Shown: one piece after another, positions 29,222 to 44,164 of the stretch
Layout of the letters: the number at the start of each line of letters is the position of its first letter
Position numbering within the stretch: the first letter of the stretch is position 1
NCBI GenBank assembly: GCA_964016885.1
Contig: OZ024749.1
Coordinates: 43,524,001 to 43,588,000 of the forward strand
Length of the DNA stretch: 64,000 nt
Source: Eledone cirrhosa
Lineage: Eukaryota
Reading direction: 5' to 3'
Notes under the pieces: generated by a model
Databases searched by the model: none
What the model was told of the DNA's origin: nothing
Seen by the model: the letters and a program-made list of their open reading frames with translations, nothing else
Program-made: the position numbers and the translations under genes

Positions 29222-29225
<4 letters not shown>
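29050..29225 (+). mobile_element. Family A, copy 2, with a 41-bp foldback
   Basis: Arms 29050-29090 and 29097-29137, loop ctaatt. Confidence 0.85.
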
Positions 29226-29259
<34 letters not shown>

Positions 29260-29584
29260 TGGTATAATTTCACGCCAAATTGTAGGAATCCTATAAGAAA
29301 CGAGACGTCCGTCTGGGAAGAGATATATTCGATATGTCTCATATGAAATAATACAGCCAATTTTCCACGCAATACTTTTAGTTAGCACCCCGAACGCATA
29401 ATTGGGAACATAATCACTTATTTCCTAATGTTTGTTGAGTGAATTGAATTTGACCGGAGTATCTCTAAAAAGCTTTCTCCGATATCTGTATTTTATTATA
29501 TACATATATATGTATGTGTGTGCCGTGCGTGTGTATCTATATATGTCTACTATATATGTGTGAGTGTGTGTGTGTGTGTTTATG

Positions 29585-29631
<47 letters not shown>

Positions 29632-30245
29632 TAGTTATATACTATATATATAGAGAGAGAGAGAGAGATAGGAGAGAGAGAGACGAGAGAGAGAGGAGAG
29701 AGAGAGAGAGAGAGAGAGTACACAGTTAGTAGGAATACAGCAATACAGGTGTTGAATAATTACTAGAATGTGTCACGCATAGTGTGCAATAATATTCATG
29801 AATACGTTACACACATTCTATTGTATGAGAATCCAGAGAACAGTTGAACAGATTTGACACCGAACAAAAAATAAATCACCAATCGCTAATAACGATATAG
29901 ATCTCGATACCTAGTTCGTGTTAGTAGTCTATATTTGGTTAGGCAATCTTTCTGGAATCGATGCTCCAATTAGTGGAACGCTGAAGCATCAAAAAGCTGG
30001 CGACTTTATAGACTAAATGGTTTAAATAAAATTTCACACCATCAGATGAATGGTTTAACAGGTGGGAAAGGTGAGAGAATGTTGTATATAAAGAAGTTAA
30101 TGGTGTGTGGAAAAAAAATGACGTAGTTTTTTTCGTTTAGCTTTGTTTTTTGATTTTTTTTTCTTTTTCTATCAATCTCTAGGTGTAAGTTCAGGCTGGA
30201 ATAGGTAAGCATTATACAGATAAATAGACATATATACACACATAA

Positions 30246-30313
<68 letters not shown>

Positions 30314-30351
30314 ACATACATATATAAATATAAATATAGAAATATAGAATA

Positions 30352-30380
<29 letters not shown>

Positions 30381-30383
<3 letters not shown>

Positions 30384-30494
30384 CGAACGAAATGTGGATA
30401 AGGAACCAGAGTGGACCATAACGCACCAAAGTACTCAATACTTAGGGTAGTAGAGTGGGTAATAGGAACAAGTAAGACCCCAAGGGTCTTACTT
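30381..30494 (-). mobile_element. Family A, copy 3, truncated at the predicted ribozyme cut site
   Basis: Ends at ...aagtaagacccc (30481), followed by aa and an 11-bp inverted arm gggtcttactt. Confidence 0.8.
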
Positions 30495-30496
30495 AT

Positions 30497-30531
<35 letters not shown>

Positions 30532-30852
30532 AGAGAGAGAGAGGGGGGAGGGAGAGAGAGATGTATGTATTTGAGTTGCGTGTATGTGTCTGCTTATGGG
30601 TGTTAGTATGTGTATGTGTGTGTGTATGTTAGTGAATATATGTGAGTATGTATGCGTGCGCATTGTTACGTGCATGATACTTTCGACGAATCAAAATCCA
30701 AGTTTTTCCATTCTTCTCAACAGGAAACAAAAGAAAATACTCCACATATCCATATATGTATGTGTGTATATATGTGTCTATATGTATGCATACGTGTATA
30801 TATGTATGCCTATGTGTATGCTTGTATATATAATATATATATATATATAGTA

Positions 30853-30953
<101 letters not shown>

Positions 30954-30990
30954 ATATATATATATAGCTGTGTGTGTGTGTGTGCGTGTG

Positions 30991-31027
<37 letters not shown>

Positions 31028-31074
31028 CCAAAAGTTTGATCACATGAATGTCTATATTTATTAATATTTTGAAG

Positions 31075-31117
<43 letters not shown>

Positions 31118-31126
31118 CACACATAT

Positions 31127-31190
<64 letters not shown>

Positions 31191-31239
31191 GTATATATAT
31201 ATACAATATATATATGTATATATATATACATATATATAA

Positions 31240-31275
<36 letters not shown>

Positions 31276-31283
31276 GTATATAC

Positions 31284-31323
<40 letters not shown>

Positions 31324-31738
31324 GTATATTATATATATATATATATAAACGTATATACGTATATATATATATATAAATATATATACATACACAAATACAT
31401 ATATATACGTACATATTCTTGTGTGCCTATGTGTTATGTAAACGTTATAGACAATACAAAGATCCATGTATGGCATAAGACTATAATTAATATGCGTTCC
31501 TGCTGTCTCTACGTAGCATAATATGTAGTTAGTTTATTCCATGCTTCTTTCTTTTATATATAATTGTATTCACTGGAATCATTTTTTCCATCATTTAACT
31601 CTGATTTCGTAAGTAACAATTCATATGCTTCGTTGAACACAACAGAAATTTAGTTAAAATAGCTACAGGTAATGACATACAGGGAAGCACACAGACAGAA
31701 CGAAAATAAGCATGCGTGCTGTGCAGATTTATTTTAAG

Positions 31739-31802
<64 letters not shown>

Positions 31803-31956
31803 AGATGAGAGAGAGATGAGAGTGAGAGAGAGAGAGAGAGAGACAGAGAGAGAAAGATACAGATATATATATATTTATTTAATATAGTTTATATATATAG
31901 ATATATATAGATATATGTAGACATATATATATATATGTATATATAACATATATATA

Positions 31957-32002
<46 letters not shown>

Positions 32003-32097
32003 CACGTATGCCTACATATATCTATAGCACAAACACATATATACACACATATATATATAGCTATACATATATACACATACTTATACATATATATGCA

Positions 32098-32202
<105 letters not shown>

Positions 32203-32290
32203 CATACACATATATGCATATACACATAGAGACAAATACATACGCATACATACGTATATATGTGTCAATTATATACATACATATATATAT

Positions 32291-32385
<95 letters not shown>

Positions 32386-33274
32386 TATATAATCAGACTC
32401 GTTTTATTGTATTTACATAAAATATTTCCGTGTACTACTAGATATAGCTTAAATCTGTAATTCCATACAAAGAATGTAAATGAATTAGGTGTTTATTTTC
32501 TTTATATTTTTTCCGATTGATTGAATGATTGATTGGTTGTCTGATCGATCGATTACGTTCTTCTTACATGATCATCTTAGTTATGTACGTTACATATTTG
32601 AGTTAATATTACAGTTAAAAAGTTTGTTAGATAACTGCCAGAAAGTGGGTTAGAGCCGAAGAGACGGAACCGATGACAGTGGGAGTTTGGTTCCTCTGTG
32701 TTTGGATCTGGTCTACCTGTGTATGTATGTTATTTGTGAAAATAGAATCGTGCTATAAAATATAGGTTATGTATTTTAAATCTTTCTTCTTTCACCTCAA
32801 CTTTAGAGCTTCAACGCAGGGGATTGGGATTGCAGGCTGCATTTTTTTTTTTTTTTTTTATTCATTCTAAGGGTTTGGCATATGGGCCCCACCTAGTGAT
32901 GAAAACTATTTACATACATAAACTCAGGAGAAAAAACGAACTTAAAACACAAGATGCGGAGGGCGAGTGAGATGGAGGCATGGACAGTGGGAGTTCGGCT
33001 CTTCCATGTTCTGACCATATCCTTGTGGTTGAGTTCATTATCTATAGAGTTTCATTCTATTATTCAGTTCTCAAAAAATATGAGTTTTTCTGTATTCTGT
33101 AACAACATGTTTCTTAACACACATGAATGCTAAAACAAACATGAATGCTAAAACTATACAATTGTTGCTTAGAAATTGATCTAGTTATATATACAGTGAT
33201 GTAAAGAAAATGTCGATGTTTTGGGGTCAACATGAAAGCGGTAACCCATTTAGGAATCATCTGTCTCTATCGTG

Positions 33275-33330
33275 TCATATGAATTCTACAGTTTCTACGA
33301 CATCGACATTCGGTGAACCTTCAATGTAAC
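33275..33330 (-). other. Candidate terminal coding exon ((G)YIEGSPNVDVVETVEFI*)
   Basis: Strong minus-strand acceptor ttcttatttcag at 33331-33342 and an 18-codon frame. No homology recognised. Confidence 0.2.
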
Positions 33331-33457
33331 CTGAAATAAGAATACTTCTGCGGTACATCGATTATTATAGCAAGTGACAGCGTTACACTGCTTTTACTGG
33401 ACAACTGTCATGTCATCTGTATACAAACATATATATATATATATATATATAATATAT

Positions 33458-33526
<69 letters not shown>

Positions 33527-33642
33527 GAGATACATATATATATATATATCTGTAATAATAATAAATTTGAAGACTAAAATCGAAAGAGGGCTCGATAAGG
33601 ATAAATATATATCAGATGTATAAGAACCGTAGAGCAAATATC

Positions 33643-33735
33643 TATTAAAATAACAGATTAAAGTTTTAAGCGAAAAATCGCTGCTTACACCCCTTAGCGG
33701 GATCTTTTGCTTAACTTTAATCTGTTATTTTAATA
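33643..33735. repeat. Foldback insert in (TA)n, family I
   Basis: tattaaaataacagattaaagtt..aagcgaaaa / ttttgcttaactttaatctgttattttaata. Confidence 0.85.
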
Positions 33736-33905
33736 AATATATATATATATGTATATATGTTTATATATAATATATATATATATATATATTAGTATATATA
33801 TATATATTATATATATTATATATATCGCTTCTGTTCTATGTGCACCCAAACGACTACTCGCCTATCCAGCCCTTTTGGATTGTTTTCCAAATTCCGTTGT
33901 TCTAC

Positions 33906-34019
<114 letters not shown>

Positions 34020-34496
34020 ATGTATATATATATATATATATATCTTACTTTGATAGTATATATATATATATGTGTGTGAATGTATGTGTCTGTTAAATCG
34101 ACTCTTTAGCCGATCGTGGGTCTGTGCGTGTATATGTTTGTATGTTCATAATATATGTATGTACGTATGTGTGTGTGTGTGTATGTGTGTATGTGTGTGT
34201 GAGTATGTGAGTGGGTGTGAGCATGTATGAGTGTATGTGTGTGTGAGTGTGTGGCTTGGTGTTTGCCTTTATTTATGCGTGTGTTTGCCTAAACATGTAA
34301 GATACATAAGTGACTCTGTACATAAGTTGCAACCATACAATGTCTGTGGGTCTGTAAGTGCATACTTAATAGATATGGTTTTATCTGCACAGGCATGCAG
34401 TGACATGCGCGTGCGATTATAGATCGCACACGCATGTGTGTGTATGCGGATGTGTGTATGGATATGTGTGTGTGTGTGGATGTACTAGAGAGAGAT

Positions 34497-34568
<72 letters not shown>

Positions 34569-34724
34569 GGCACTGTAGTATGTGTTGATAAAGAGAAATT
34601 GTGTGCCCATATTGCAGAAACTGAGAGACAAAGGAAGAGGGCCTGCGTGTTAAGAAAGACTGTTTATATGGGACAGAGATTGCAGAGAGAGATATATATA
34701 TATATATATATAAACCAGATAGCT

Positions 34725-35313
34725 GGATAGATAGAGAGACATGGACATAGAGACAGACAGACATATAGATAGATAGAGAGACATGGACATAGAGACAGAC
34801 AGACATATAGATAGATAGAGAGACATGGACATAGAGACAGACAGACATATAGATAGATAGAGAGACATGGACATAGAGACAGACAGACATATAGATAGAT
34901 AGAGAGACATGGACATAGAGACAGACAGACATATAGATAGATAGAGAGACAAACAAACAGGCAGACATATAGATAGAGAGACAGGCAAATAGAGAGACAT
35001 ATAGATAGAGAGACAAACAAACAGAGAGACATATAGATAGAGAGAGACAGGCAAATAGAGAGACATATAGATAGAGAGACAGGCAAATAGAGAGACATAT
35101 AGATAGAGAGACAGGCAAATAGAGAGACATATAGATAGAGAGACAAATAAACAGGCAGACATATAGATAGAGAGACAGGCAAATAAGGAGACGCAGAGAG
35201 AGAGAGACAGGCAAATAGGGAGACGTAGAGGGAGAGAGATGCAAATGGGGAGACGTAGAAGGAGAGACAGGCAAATGGGGAGACGTAGATGGAGAGAGGG
35301 GCAAATGGGAGAC

Positions 35314-35374
<61 letters not shown>

Positions 35375-35612
35375 CAAATGGGGAGACGTAGATGGAGAGA
35401 GGGGCAAATGGGAGACTTAGAGAGAGAGAGAGACAGGCAAATGGGGAGACGTAGAAGGAGAGATAGGCAAATGGGGAGACGTAGATGGAGAGACAGGCAA
35501 ATGGGGAGACGTAGAGGGAGAGACAGGCAAATGGGGAGACGTAGAGAGAGAGAGAGAGGCAAATAGAGAGGTATAGAGACAGACTGACAGACATATAGAT
35601 AAGTAGAGACAG
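34725..35612. repeat. Purine-rich minisatellite with drifting unit (5 x 42 bp, then ~30-36-bp variants)
   Basis: atggacatagagacagacagacatatagatagatagagagac x5, then caggcaaatagagagacatatagat units, then caggcaaatggggagacgtaga units. Confidence 0.9.
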
Positions 35613-35929
35613 GCAAGGAAAGACAATAATTGTGAATGGTGGCAAAAAGAAAGACTATATTTATTAGGAATAACAGTGAGAGAGTTAGAAAGAAAGAAAC
35701 GGTGAGAGAAGAGAATAGATAGACGGAAAGAGAGAGAGAAAGAAATCGTGTGAGTTAGAAAAGAGAAAAGGTATGTTTATATGTAACAGAAAATGAATGC
35801 TAGAGAGACACAGTGTGTGGGCTACAGAGAGACGAGTAAAGAAATGGAGAGCGAGAGAGCTTATATATATATATATATATATGGGGGGGGTAATGTGTGT
35901 GGGGAAAGTAATGTGTGTGAGAAAGTATT

Positions 35930-36006
<77 letters not shown>

Positions 36007-36348
36007 AGTAGGGGGAGAGAAATGCACAGAAGGAGAGAGAGAGAGGGGGGAAGAGGGAGAATGGGAAAGGGAGAGACTGAGATTGTGTAAGAGAGAGTGA
36101 GAGAGAGAAATCCCTGACAAGATCCATCCAGCACTACAACAACCACATTACATAATATGCTTATGTACTTAAATACATTTAAAAAGACGTCAAAATTGAA
36201 TGTAACCAATATGGATGTCAAAGCAAAGAGCTAACGAAAAGACGTAATCCAATCCATTATCCCTCTTCAAATATGAACTAAACAGTTTATTTTATTTCTT
36301 ATATATTTTATCATATATTTCATATTCATATATGTATATATATATATG

Positions 36349-36397
<49 letters not shown>

Positions 36398-36449
36398 GTT
36401 TATATATATATATATATTTTAAGTTCTTTGAGTATATTTTATATTCAAC

Positions 36450-36491
<42 letters not shown>

Positions 36492-36546
36492 TATATATTC
36501 CTTCCATATACTGTACAGATTGTGTTGTTTTTTTCTGTTTACCTTT

Positions 36547-36597
<51 letters not shown>

Positions 36598-36648
36598 TCT
36601 TACGGATATATATTATATATAATATATTTTTATTGTCTTAGTGCATAA

Positions 36649-36698
<50 letters not shown>

Positions 36699-36789
36699 TA
36701 TATATATGCATATATATATATATATATTTATAAGTGTGTATGTATATATGTATATATATATGTATATATATGTATGTATATGTATAGAG

Positions 36790-36886
<97 letters not shown>

Positions 36887-37165
36887 TGTTCTTTTTATAT
36901 AGTTTATATGTAATATATTTTTTCAAATTTCTTTTCGAAGTTTCTATTCGTGTGGAATAAATTATTATTCAATATGTTGTGTATGTGATGTGATGTGTGT
37001 GGACGTCGTATAGGCTTAGATGTAGATGGAGTGTAAGTGTAGGCGGATGCAGTCGGGTCATGTAGTTCATTTATGTAAGCATGTAAGTAACGCACATGCA
37101 TAGCATTCTTGCAAACTAACATACACACACAAATATGTATGTATATAGACATATATATAGACACA

Positions 37166-37547
37166 AGAAACTCACTCAGATGGTGGATGGGTGCTACACG
37201 AGAATGCTGAGGATGGCTCTGAACATTAATCAGTATACACTGTGGATGAAAAACTCAGAGCTGTATGGGAGCCTCCCAAGAGTCAGCTCAAAATTGACAC
37301 AGAGGAGACTGAGGTTAGCTGGACATGGTCACCGACATCCAGAGTTGACATTGCACTCAGTGCTCCTGTGGGAGCCCCTACATGGACAAACTGGAAGGGG
37401 AAGACCAAAGTTAACGTATGTTGATGCCCTAAGGACAGACACTGATCCGTTGGAGACGCAGAACATGGCAGCGATAATGAGGGACAGAGACCGCTGGAGA
37501 GAACTCGTCCATGGATCTCGGGAATTTTACCCGCCCTAGATAGATAG
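37166..37547 (+). mobile_element. Young 5'-truncated RTE-clade LINE
   Basis: Uninterrupted frame ..DGCYTRMLRMALN..RRLRLAGH..LLWEP..GRGRPKLTYVD..MRDRDRWR, typical of the RTE C-terminus. The stop overlaps a (TAGA)n tail. 11-bp TSD ATATAGACACA at 37155-65 and 37548-58. Confidence 0.9.
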
Positions 37548-37577
37548 ATATAGACACACAAACATATACACACACGC

Positions 37578-38790
37578 ACAGATAAAATAAAGTACCAGTA
37601 ATGCAGTGGGGTATTTTGCTGGCCTTGTGCCAAAAGTAGAAACAATAGAGGTTGGTAGAGTAGAGCGGGTAATTGACAGTATTGATAGAGCGTCGGACAC
37701 CATGCTTTGTGGCATAGAGTTATGACCCTTTACGTACTGAGTTCAAATCCCACCGAGGTTAGCTTTTCCTTTCATCATTACTGGGTCGATGAAATATAGT
37801 ACCAGTAATGCACTGGGGTCGACTTAATCGAATTTTGCCTCCCCCAAAATTGCTGGCCTTGTGCCTATATATGAAACCATTATTAACATTGGATTGGCAG
37901 TATCGGTGGAGGATTTGACGCCATGATTTGCAGCATAGAGTTACCTCCCTTTGCGTTCTGAGTTCAAATCTCGCCGAGGTTAACTTTGCCTTTCATCCTT
38001 ACGGGGGTCGATAAAATAAAGTAACAGGCAGGCACTGGGGTCGATTTAATCGAATTTCCCCTACTCCCAAAACTGCTGGCCTTGTGTCTATATAAGAAAC
38101 AATTATTATTCTAACCGGTGGATTGGCAGTATCAGAGTCGGACGCCATGCTTTGCAGCAAAGAGTTACGGCCCTTTATGGTCTGAGTTCAAATCCCGCCA
38201 AGGTTAACTTTGCCTTTCATCCTTACGGGGGTCGATAACATAAAGTACCAGTAATGTACTGGGTAATTGCTGGCCTTGTGCCAAAAGTAGAAACAATTAT
38301 TATTCTAACGGGGGTCGATAAAATAAAGTACCAGTAATGTACTGGGTAATTTATGGCGCTGTGCCAAAAGTAGAACCAGTTATTATATACTAGGGCGGTG
38401 GATTGGCAGTACTGGTAGAGCATCAAACACCATGCTTAACAGCAGAGAGTTATGGCCCTTTACGTTCTGAGTTCGAGTCCCGCCAAGGTTAACTTTGCCT
38501 TTCATCCTTACGGGGGTCGCTAACATAAAGTACCAGTAATGTACTGGGTAATTTATGGCGCTGTGCCAAAAGTAGAACCAGTTATTATATACTAGGGCGG
38601 TGGATTGGCAGTACTGGTAGAGCATCAAACACCATGCTTAACAGCAGAGAGTTATGGCCCTTTACGTTCTGAGTTCGAGTCCCGCCAAGGTTAACTTTGC
38701 CTTTCATCCTTACGGGCGTCGATAAAATAAAGTACCAGTAATGTACTGGGTAATTGCTGGCCTTGTGCCAAAAGTAGAAACAATTAGTAT
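37578..38790 (+). mobile_element. Head-to-tail array of about 7 full or partial Meta-like SINEs
   Basis: Successive copies at ~37578, 37670, 37888, 38117, 38308, 38392 and 38594. Includes a near-perfect 202-bp tandem duplication (38323-38524 / 38525-38726). Confidence 0.92.
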
Positions 38791-39121
38791 TCTAATTATA
38801 TTACTGGTAGAGAATTACTGCTGTTGCTACATTTTATCATCTATGTGTAGCTGTCCTGTCTCTCTCACATCTGTATTCATTATAATCGGCAGCAAGATAT
38901 ATTATAAACAAACAACAAACAAACTGAATTACCCTTTCATATTCTTGAAGGATATTAATAATCTATACATGGCATTAGATAGTGACACCTACCACTGTAC
39001 ACCGTCAGGTATTATATAACAACCTGAACTAAAACAGATTAGCAACCGGTGTAGTGGGTGGTTTATTTGAAACTTTAATTATTAAGATGGCAGCAGGATA
39101 TCCTCTTCTTTGATTGGTTTG

Positions 39122-39558
39122 CTCTCTCTCTCCCTCTCCCTCTCTCGCTCTCTCTCTCTCTCTGTCTCTCTCTCGCTCGCTCTCTCTATATATATATCTT
39201 TCTCTCTCTCTTTATATATCTATTTATCTATCTATCTAGTTATCTCTATCTCTTTCTCTTTCTCTTTCTCTTTCTCTTTCTCTTTCTCTCTCTCTATCTC
39301 TATCTCTCTCTATATATATATATATATATATCTTTCTCTCTCGCTTCTCTCTCTCTCTATCTATCTATTTATCTATCTATCTAGCTATCTCTATCTCTTT
39401 CTCTTTCTCTCTCTCTCTCTCTATCTCTATCTCTCTCTCTCTATATATATATATATCTTTCTCTCTCGCTTCTCTCTCTCTCTATCTATCTATTTATCTA
39501 TCTATCTAGTTATCTCTATCTCTTTCTCTTTCTCTCTCTCTATCTCTCTCTCTCTCTA

Positions 39559-39651
<93 letters not shown>

Positions 39652-39663
39652 TTCTCTCTCGCT

Positions 39664-39696
<33 letters not shown>

Positions 39697-39700
39697 CTAC

Positions 39701-39771
<71 letters not shown>

Positions 39772-39829
39772 CTTTGGTGATGAAGTCGTTGAAGTAGTAT
39801 TAGTAGTAGTTGTGGTAGTGAGGGTGATG

Positions 39830-39887
<58 letters not shown>

Positions 39888-40020
39888 AGGCGGCGGCGGC
39901 GGTGTTGTTGCTGACATTTGTTGTTGTTGTGTTTGTCAGTAGATGCGGTCGTGATGATGATGAAGATGATGATGATGATGATGATGATGATGATCCAGTG
40001 ATGAGGATGATGATGATGAT
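39122..40020. repeat. Compound (TC)/(TA)/(TATC)/(GTA)/(GAT) microsatellite field
   Basis: Direct reading. It explains the 311-aa low-complexity ORF. Confidence 0.95.
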
Positions 40021-40287
40021 AATGCAGTGGTGGTGGGCACGATGAGAATGTAGCAATAGTTGCAATGGGATTATGACAGTCTGCAGGTGGGAGGATGATT
40101 TATAAATGTATTGGCAAGGTAATGTTCCTTGCGACGCAACTTAACAGTTAAATATTAACGAAACTATGACGTAAGAATGAATGTATACGCATGCGTGTGT
40201 TTATATGTAGGTATGTGTATACGTATTATTGTGTGCATATATATTATTATGTGCATATATATATTTACAAACACACACACACACACA

Positions 40288-40340
<53 letters not shown>

Positions 40341-40344
<4 letters not shown>

Positions 40345-40551
40345 CGAAGGAAATGTGGTAAGGAACCAGATGGACCATAACGCACCAAAGTACTCAATAC
40401 TTAGGGTAGTAGAGTGGGTAATAGGAATAAGTATGACCCCCGACGGCAGAGCTCAAGCCGTTTCGACATGCTAATTCTGGACTAAATGGACATTTAGTCC
40501 AGAATTAGCCGTCGAAACGGCTTGAGCTCTGCCGTCGGGGTCATACTTGTT

Positions 40552-40556
<5 letters not shown>
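40341..40556 (-). mobile_element. Family A, copy 4, with a ~67-bp foldback
   Basis: Arms 40421-40488 and 40491-40556, 2-nt loop. Confidence 0.88.
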
Positions 40557-40598
<42 letters not shown>

Positions 40599-40641
40599 AT
40601 TGTAGTTTCCTTGAAGTATTGTTGAATAGGAAAGACAAATT

Positions 40642-40717
40642 TAAATAATTTTGAAAACCATACAATGCACTGGAAAATTAATTTTCTAATGCATTGTATG
40701 GTTTTCAAAATTATTTA
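40642..40717. repeat. 76-bp near-perfect palindrome (family H)
   Basis: Centre gaaaatt|aattttc at 40679/40680, with two mismatched positions. Confidence 0.9.
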
Positions 40718-40890
40718 TATATTTATATTGGCTTCTACGCCGTCTCCGTCCACAAAATTTCATTCACAAGGCATTGATTGACCTAAAAACTATAAATATA
40801 TAAAAGACGTCTGCCAACGTTTGGCGAGTATTAGAACTGAACCTGCAAAGATGTGGTTATGAATCTAGACAATCATGCAGTATGTTGATT

Positions 40891-41021
<131 letters not shown>

Positions 41022-41914
41022 CCTTTCTATAGTTAGAAAGTGGTCTCATACCGAACGAACAGAAATCAATAGCATCTCTATTGGACTGTCATAGGTTCAT
41101 ATTTCACATGTAATGTCCATAGAGAAGAATGAGAATTATAGGGGAATAATTTGTTTGTCATTGTATCAATGAATATTTGATTATGCTATCGAAAGTCATA
41201 GTTGGAAACACTCCTTCATCTCGAAAAATGGAAATATATATAAAAACAAACGAAAAACGAAAATATAAACGAAGAAACGAAAAACGAAATGCGAGTTAAT
41301 CTACTTGTATTGATCATCTAGCACCTCTTCTATAATATCTTTTATTCCAAAAGAACACACATTTTGCAAATATAAGATAAGAGAACGGGGTGAGGGTAGT
41401 AGGGGGTGGGGTGAGATGGGGGAGTAGAGGGGGTCGGGGGGGATTGGGGGGCAGAAATCAATACCGATGTTGACTCTGAATGCTATCTTCGATCACAGAT
41501 ATATCAGCATCGTATTTCTTTTTTCTATTTTTTTTTACATTTTTTTTTAGTTTTATTTTGTTTTTGTTGTTTTTTTTTTGTTCGTTTCGGGGTGTTTCTT
41601 TTTTTTTTTTTTCATTTTTACCTTTTTATTTTCTTGTTACTTTCGTTGGGTTATTATTATTTTTTTTTTTTTTCTTTCATAATTTAGTTTTTACTCTTAG
41701 TCCGTGATATCGAATGGTACTTTCAATAAGTAATCCTAACCTATTTACTTTGGAAAATATTCATTATTATTACCATTATTTTATCATTATTATTTGTATT
41801 ATTAATATTATTAATATTGCTATTGATTTTGTTGGGCTTTTGTCAATATGATGCTGATAATGATGATGATGATGATGATGTTTCTACGTCTGGGTTATTC
41901 TCAAAGTTATAGAA

Positions 41915-42446
<532 letters not shown>

Positions 42447-42684
42447 GTGTTTTTGCAGCTATCAGCCATAAAGCGTAGGTGTGTCTTATGAGTTCTAAGC
42501 ACTTTTGTTTAATAAGGAAGATATAATACGGAAACCGTTATTTTTCTCTTGCATATTTTTAAGATAAAAAGAGTTGATTTTTAGACTAAGATGGAAGGTC
42601 TGCAAATAGAGATTTGATTCTGTAAGAAAGAAAATTGTAACTCGTGTTTGTTAGTCATAGATTGTAGCTTCCATATCTTCATAG

Positions 42685-42769
<85 letters not shown>

Positions 42770-42843
42770 TTTCTCTGTCTCTCTCTTCACACACACACAT
42801 ATATATATGCATATATATGCATACGCATATATATATATGTATA

Positions 42844-42889
<46 letters not shown>

Positions 42890-42944
42890 TACATACATAT
42901 ATATAGAGAGAGAGGGAGAGAGAGGACAGAGAGGGGGGAGAAAG

Positions 42945-43069
<125 letters not shown>

Positions 43070-43686
43070 TTCTTTCACGTCTATCTGTTACATTTTCATT
43101 TCGTATATTGGCACAAGAACATTAAACCTAGATTTTATTATATTGCTTATTTCAGTTGTATAATTAGGATTTTATTATGTGTTTTTCTAGGTTTTCTGGA
43201 ACCTTCTACCAAATATTTACTTGAATATTATATGTAATGCAGTATTGATAATTTGGTATTTCTGAAAATATTACATTTAGTAAATTGTATTTCTAGACGG
43301 GCTTAGTCAATCTTTTTTTAAGTTTGTCATAGTACTTTCGTTTCGTTTCGTTTTGTATGTTTTTATACATGGATATGGTATGATAGTAACATAATGCATT
43401 GGAGATGGGGGTTTGTTTGTCAGATGTTTATGTGATTATTAAATGTCTGGTGCATAATATCAAGTCTGCTCCGGGGTGGTTGTAGTTAGCATGAGTAAAT
43501 ATGTGGGTTTGTTTGGGAGGAATAATTTGGATGATAAAAGATTTTTCGCCATAATTCCAACTCCAGAGGTTTTTGAATTTGGTATCACAGGTATACATAC
43601 ATATATATATATATATACATATATACATATATATATAGATATATATATATATATACATATATATATGTATATTATATATACACAAG

Positions 43687-43851
43687 GGAAAAGAATGACT
43701 TCATTTGTAGTTCTAAACAATTTAATTTAATTTTATATTATAATTTGACAATTTGGTTTCGTAATATTATAGATCTAGAGAACAAAATTGTAAAATTATT
43801 ATAAAATTAAATTAAATGTTTTAGAACTACAAGTGATTTCACACATTTTCC
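43687..43851. mobile_element. Older foldback insert with a hammerhead 3' half
   Basis: Imperfect ~74-bp arms (43687-43760 / 43779-43851). The left arm on the minus strand reads cGAAA-ccaaatt-GTC. Confidence 0.7.
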
Positions 43852-43891
<40 letters not shown>

Positions 43892-44124
43892 CTGTTTGTA
43901 TATATATATAGTGTGTGTGTGTCTATATATATATGCATGCGTATGTATGCATGTGAGTGCGTGTGTGTATGTATGAATGTAATAAAATATTCATATACAC
44001 AAGTAAATAATTGGCGATACCAATTCAGACGAACATGATAAGATGACTTAGAATGGAATACTGAAAATGTAATGCTGAGAATGAAAATATGGCATATATA
44101 CATTGAATGCCACATTGCTAGAGT

Positions 44125-44164
<40 letters not shown>

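Noticed and set aside
32650-33030. Two similar segments around gacagtgggagtt
   Set aside because: Similarity is too short and diverged to classify.
34417-35645. Overlapping 247-399-aa ORFs
   Set aside because: They are open in all three minus frames because of the low-complexity repeat.
41386-41452. G-quadruplex-capable tract
   Set aside because: G-runs are present, but nothing indicates function in this low-complexity context.
43230-43592. Possible LINE endonuclease remnant (NSKTSGVGIMAK)
   Set aside because: Single weak motif, and the surrounding translation does not support it.
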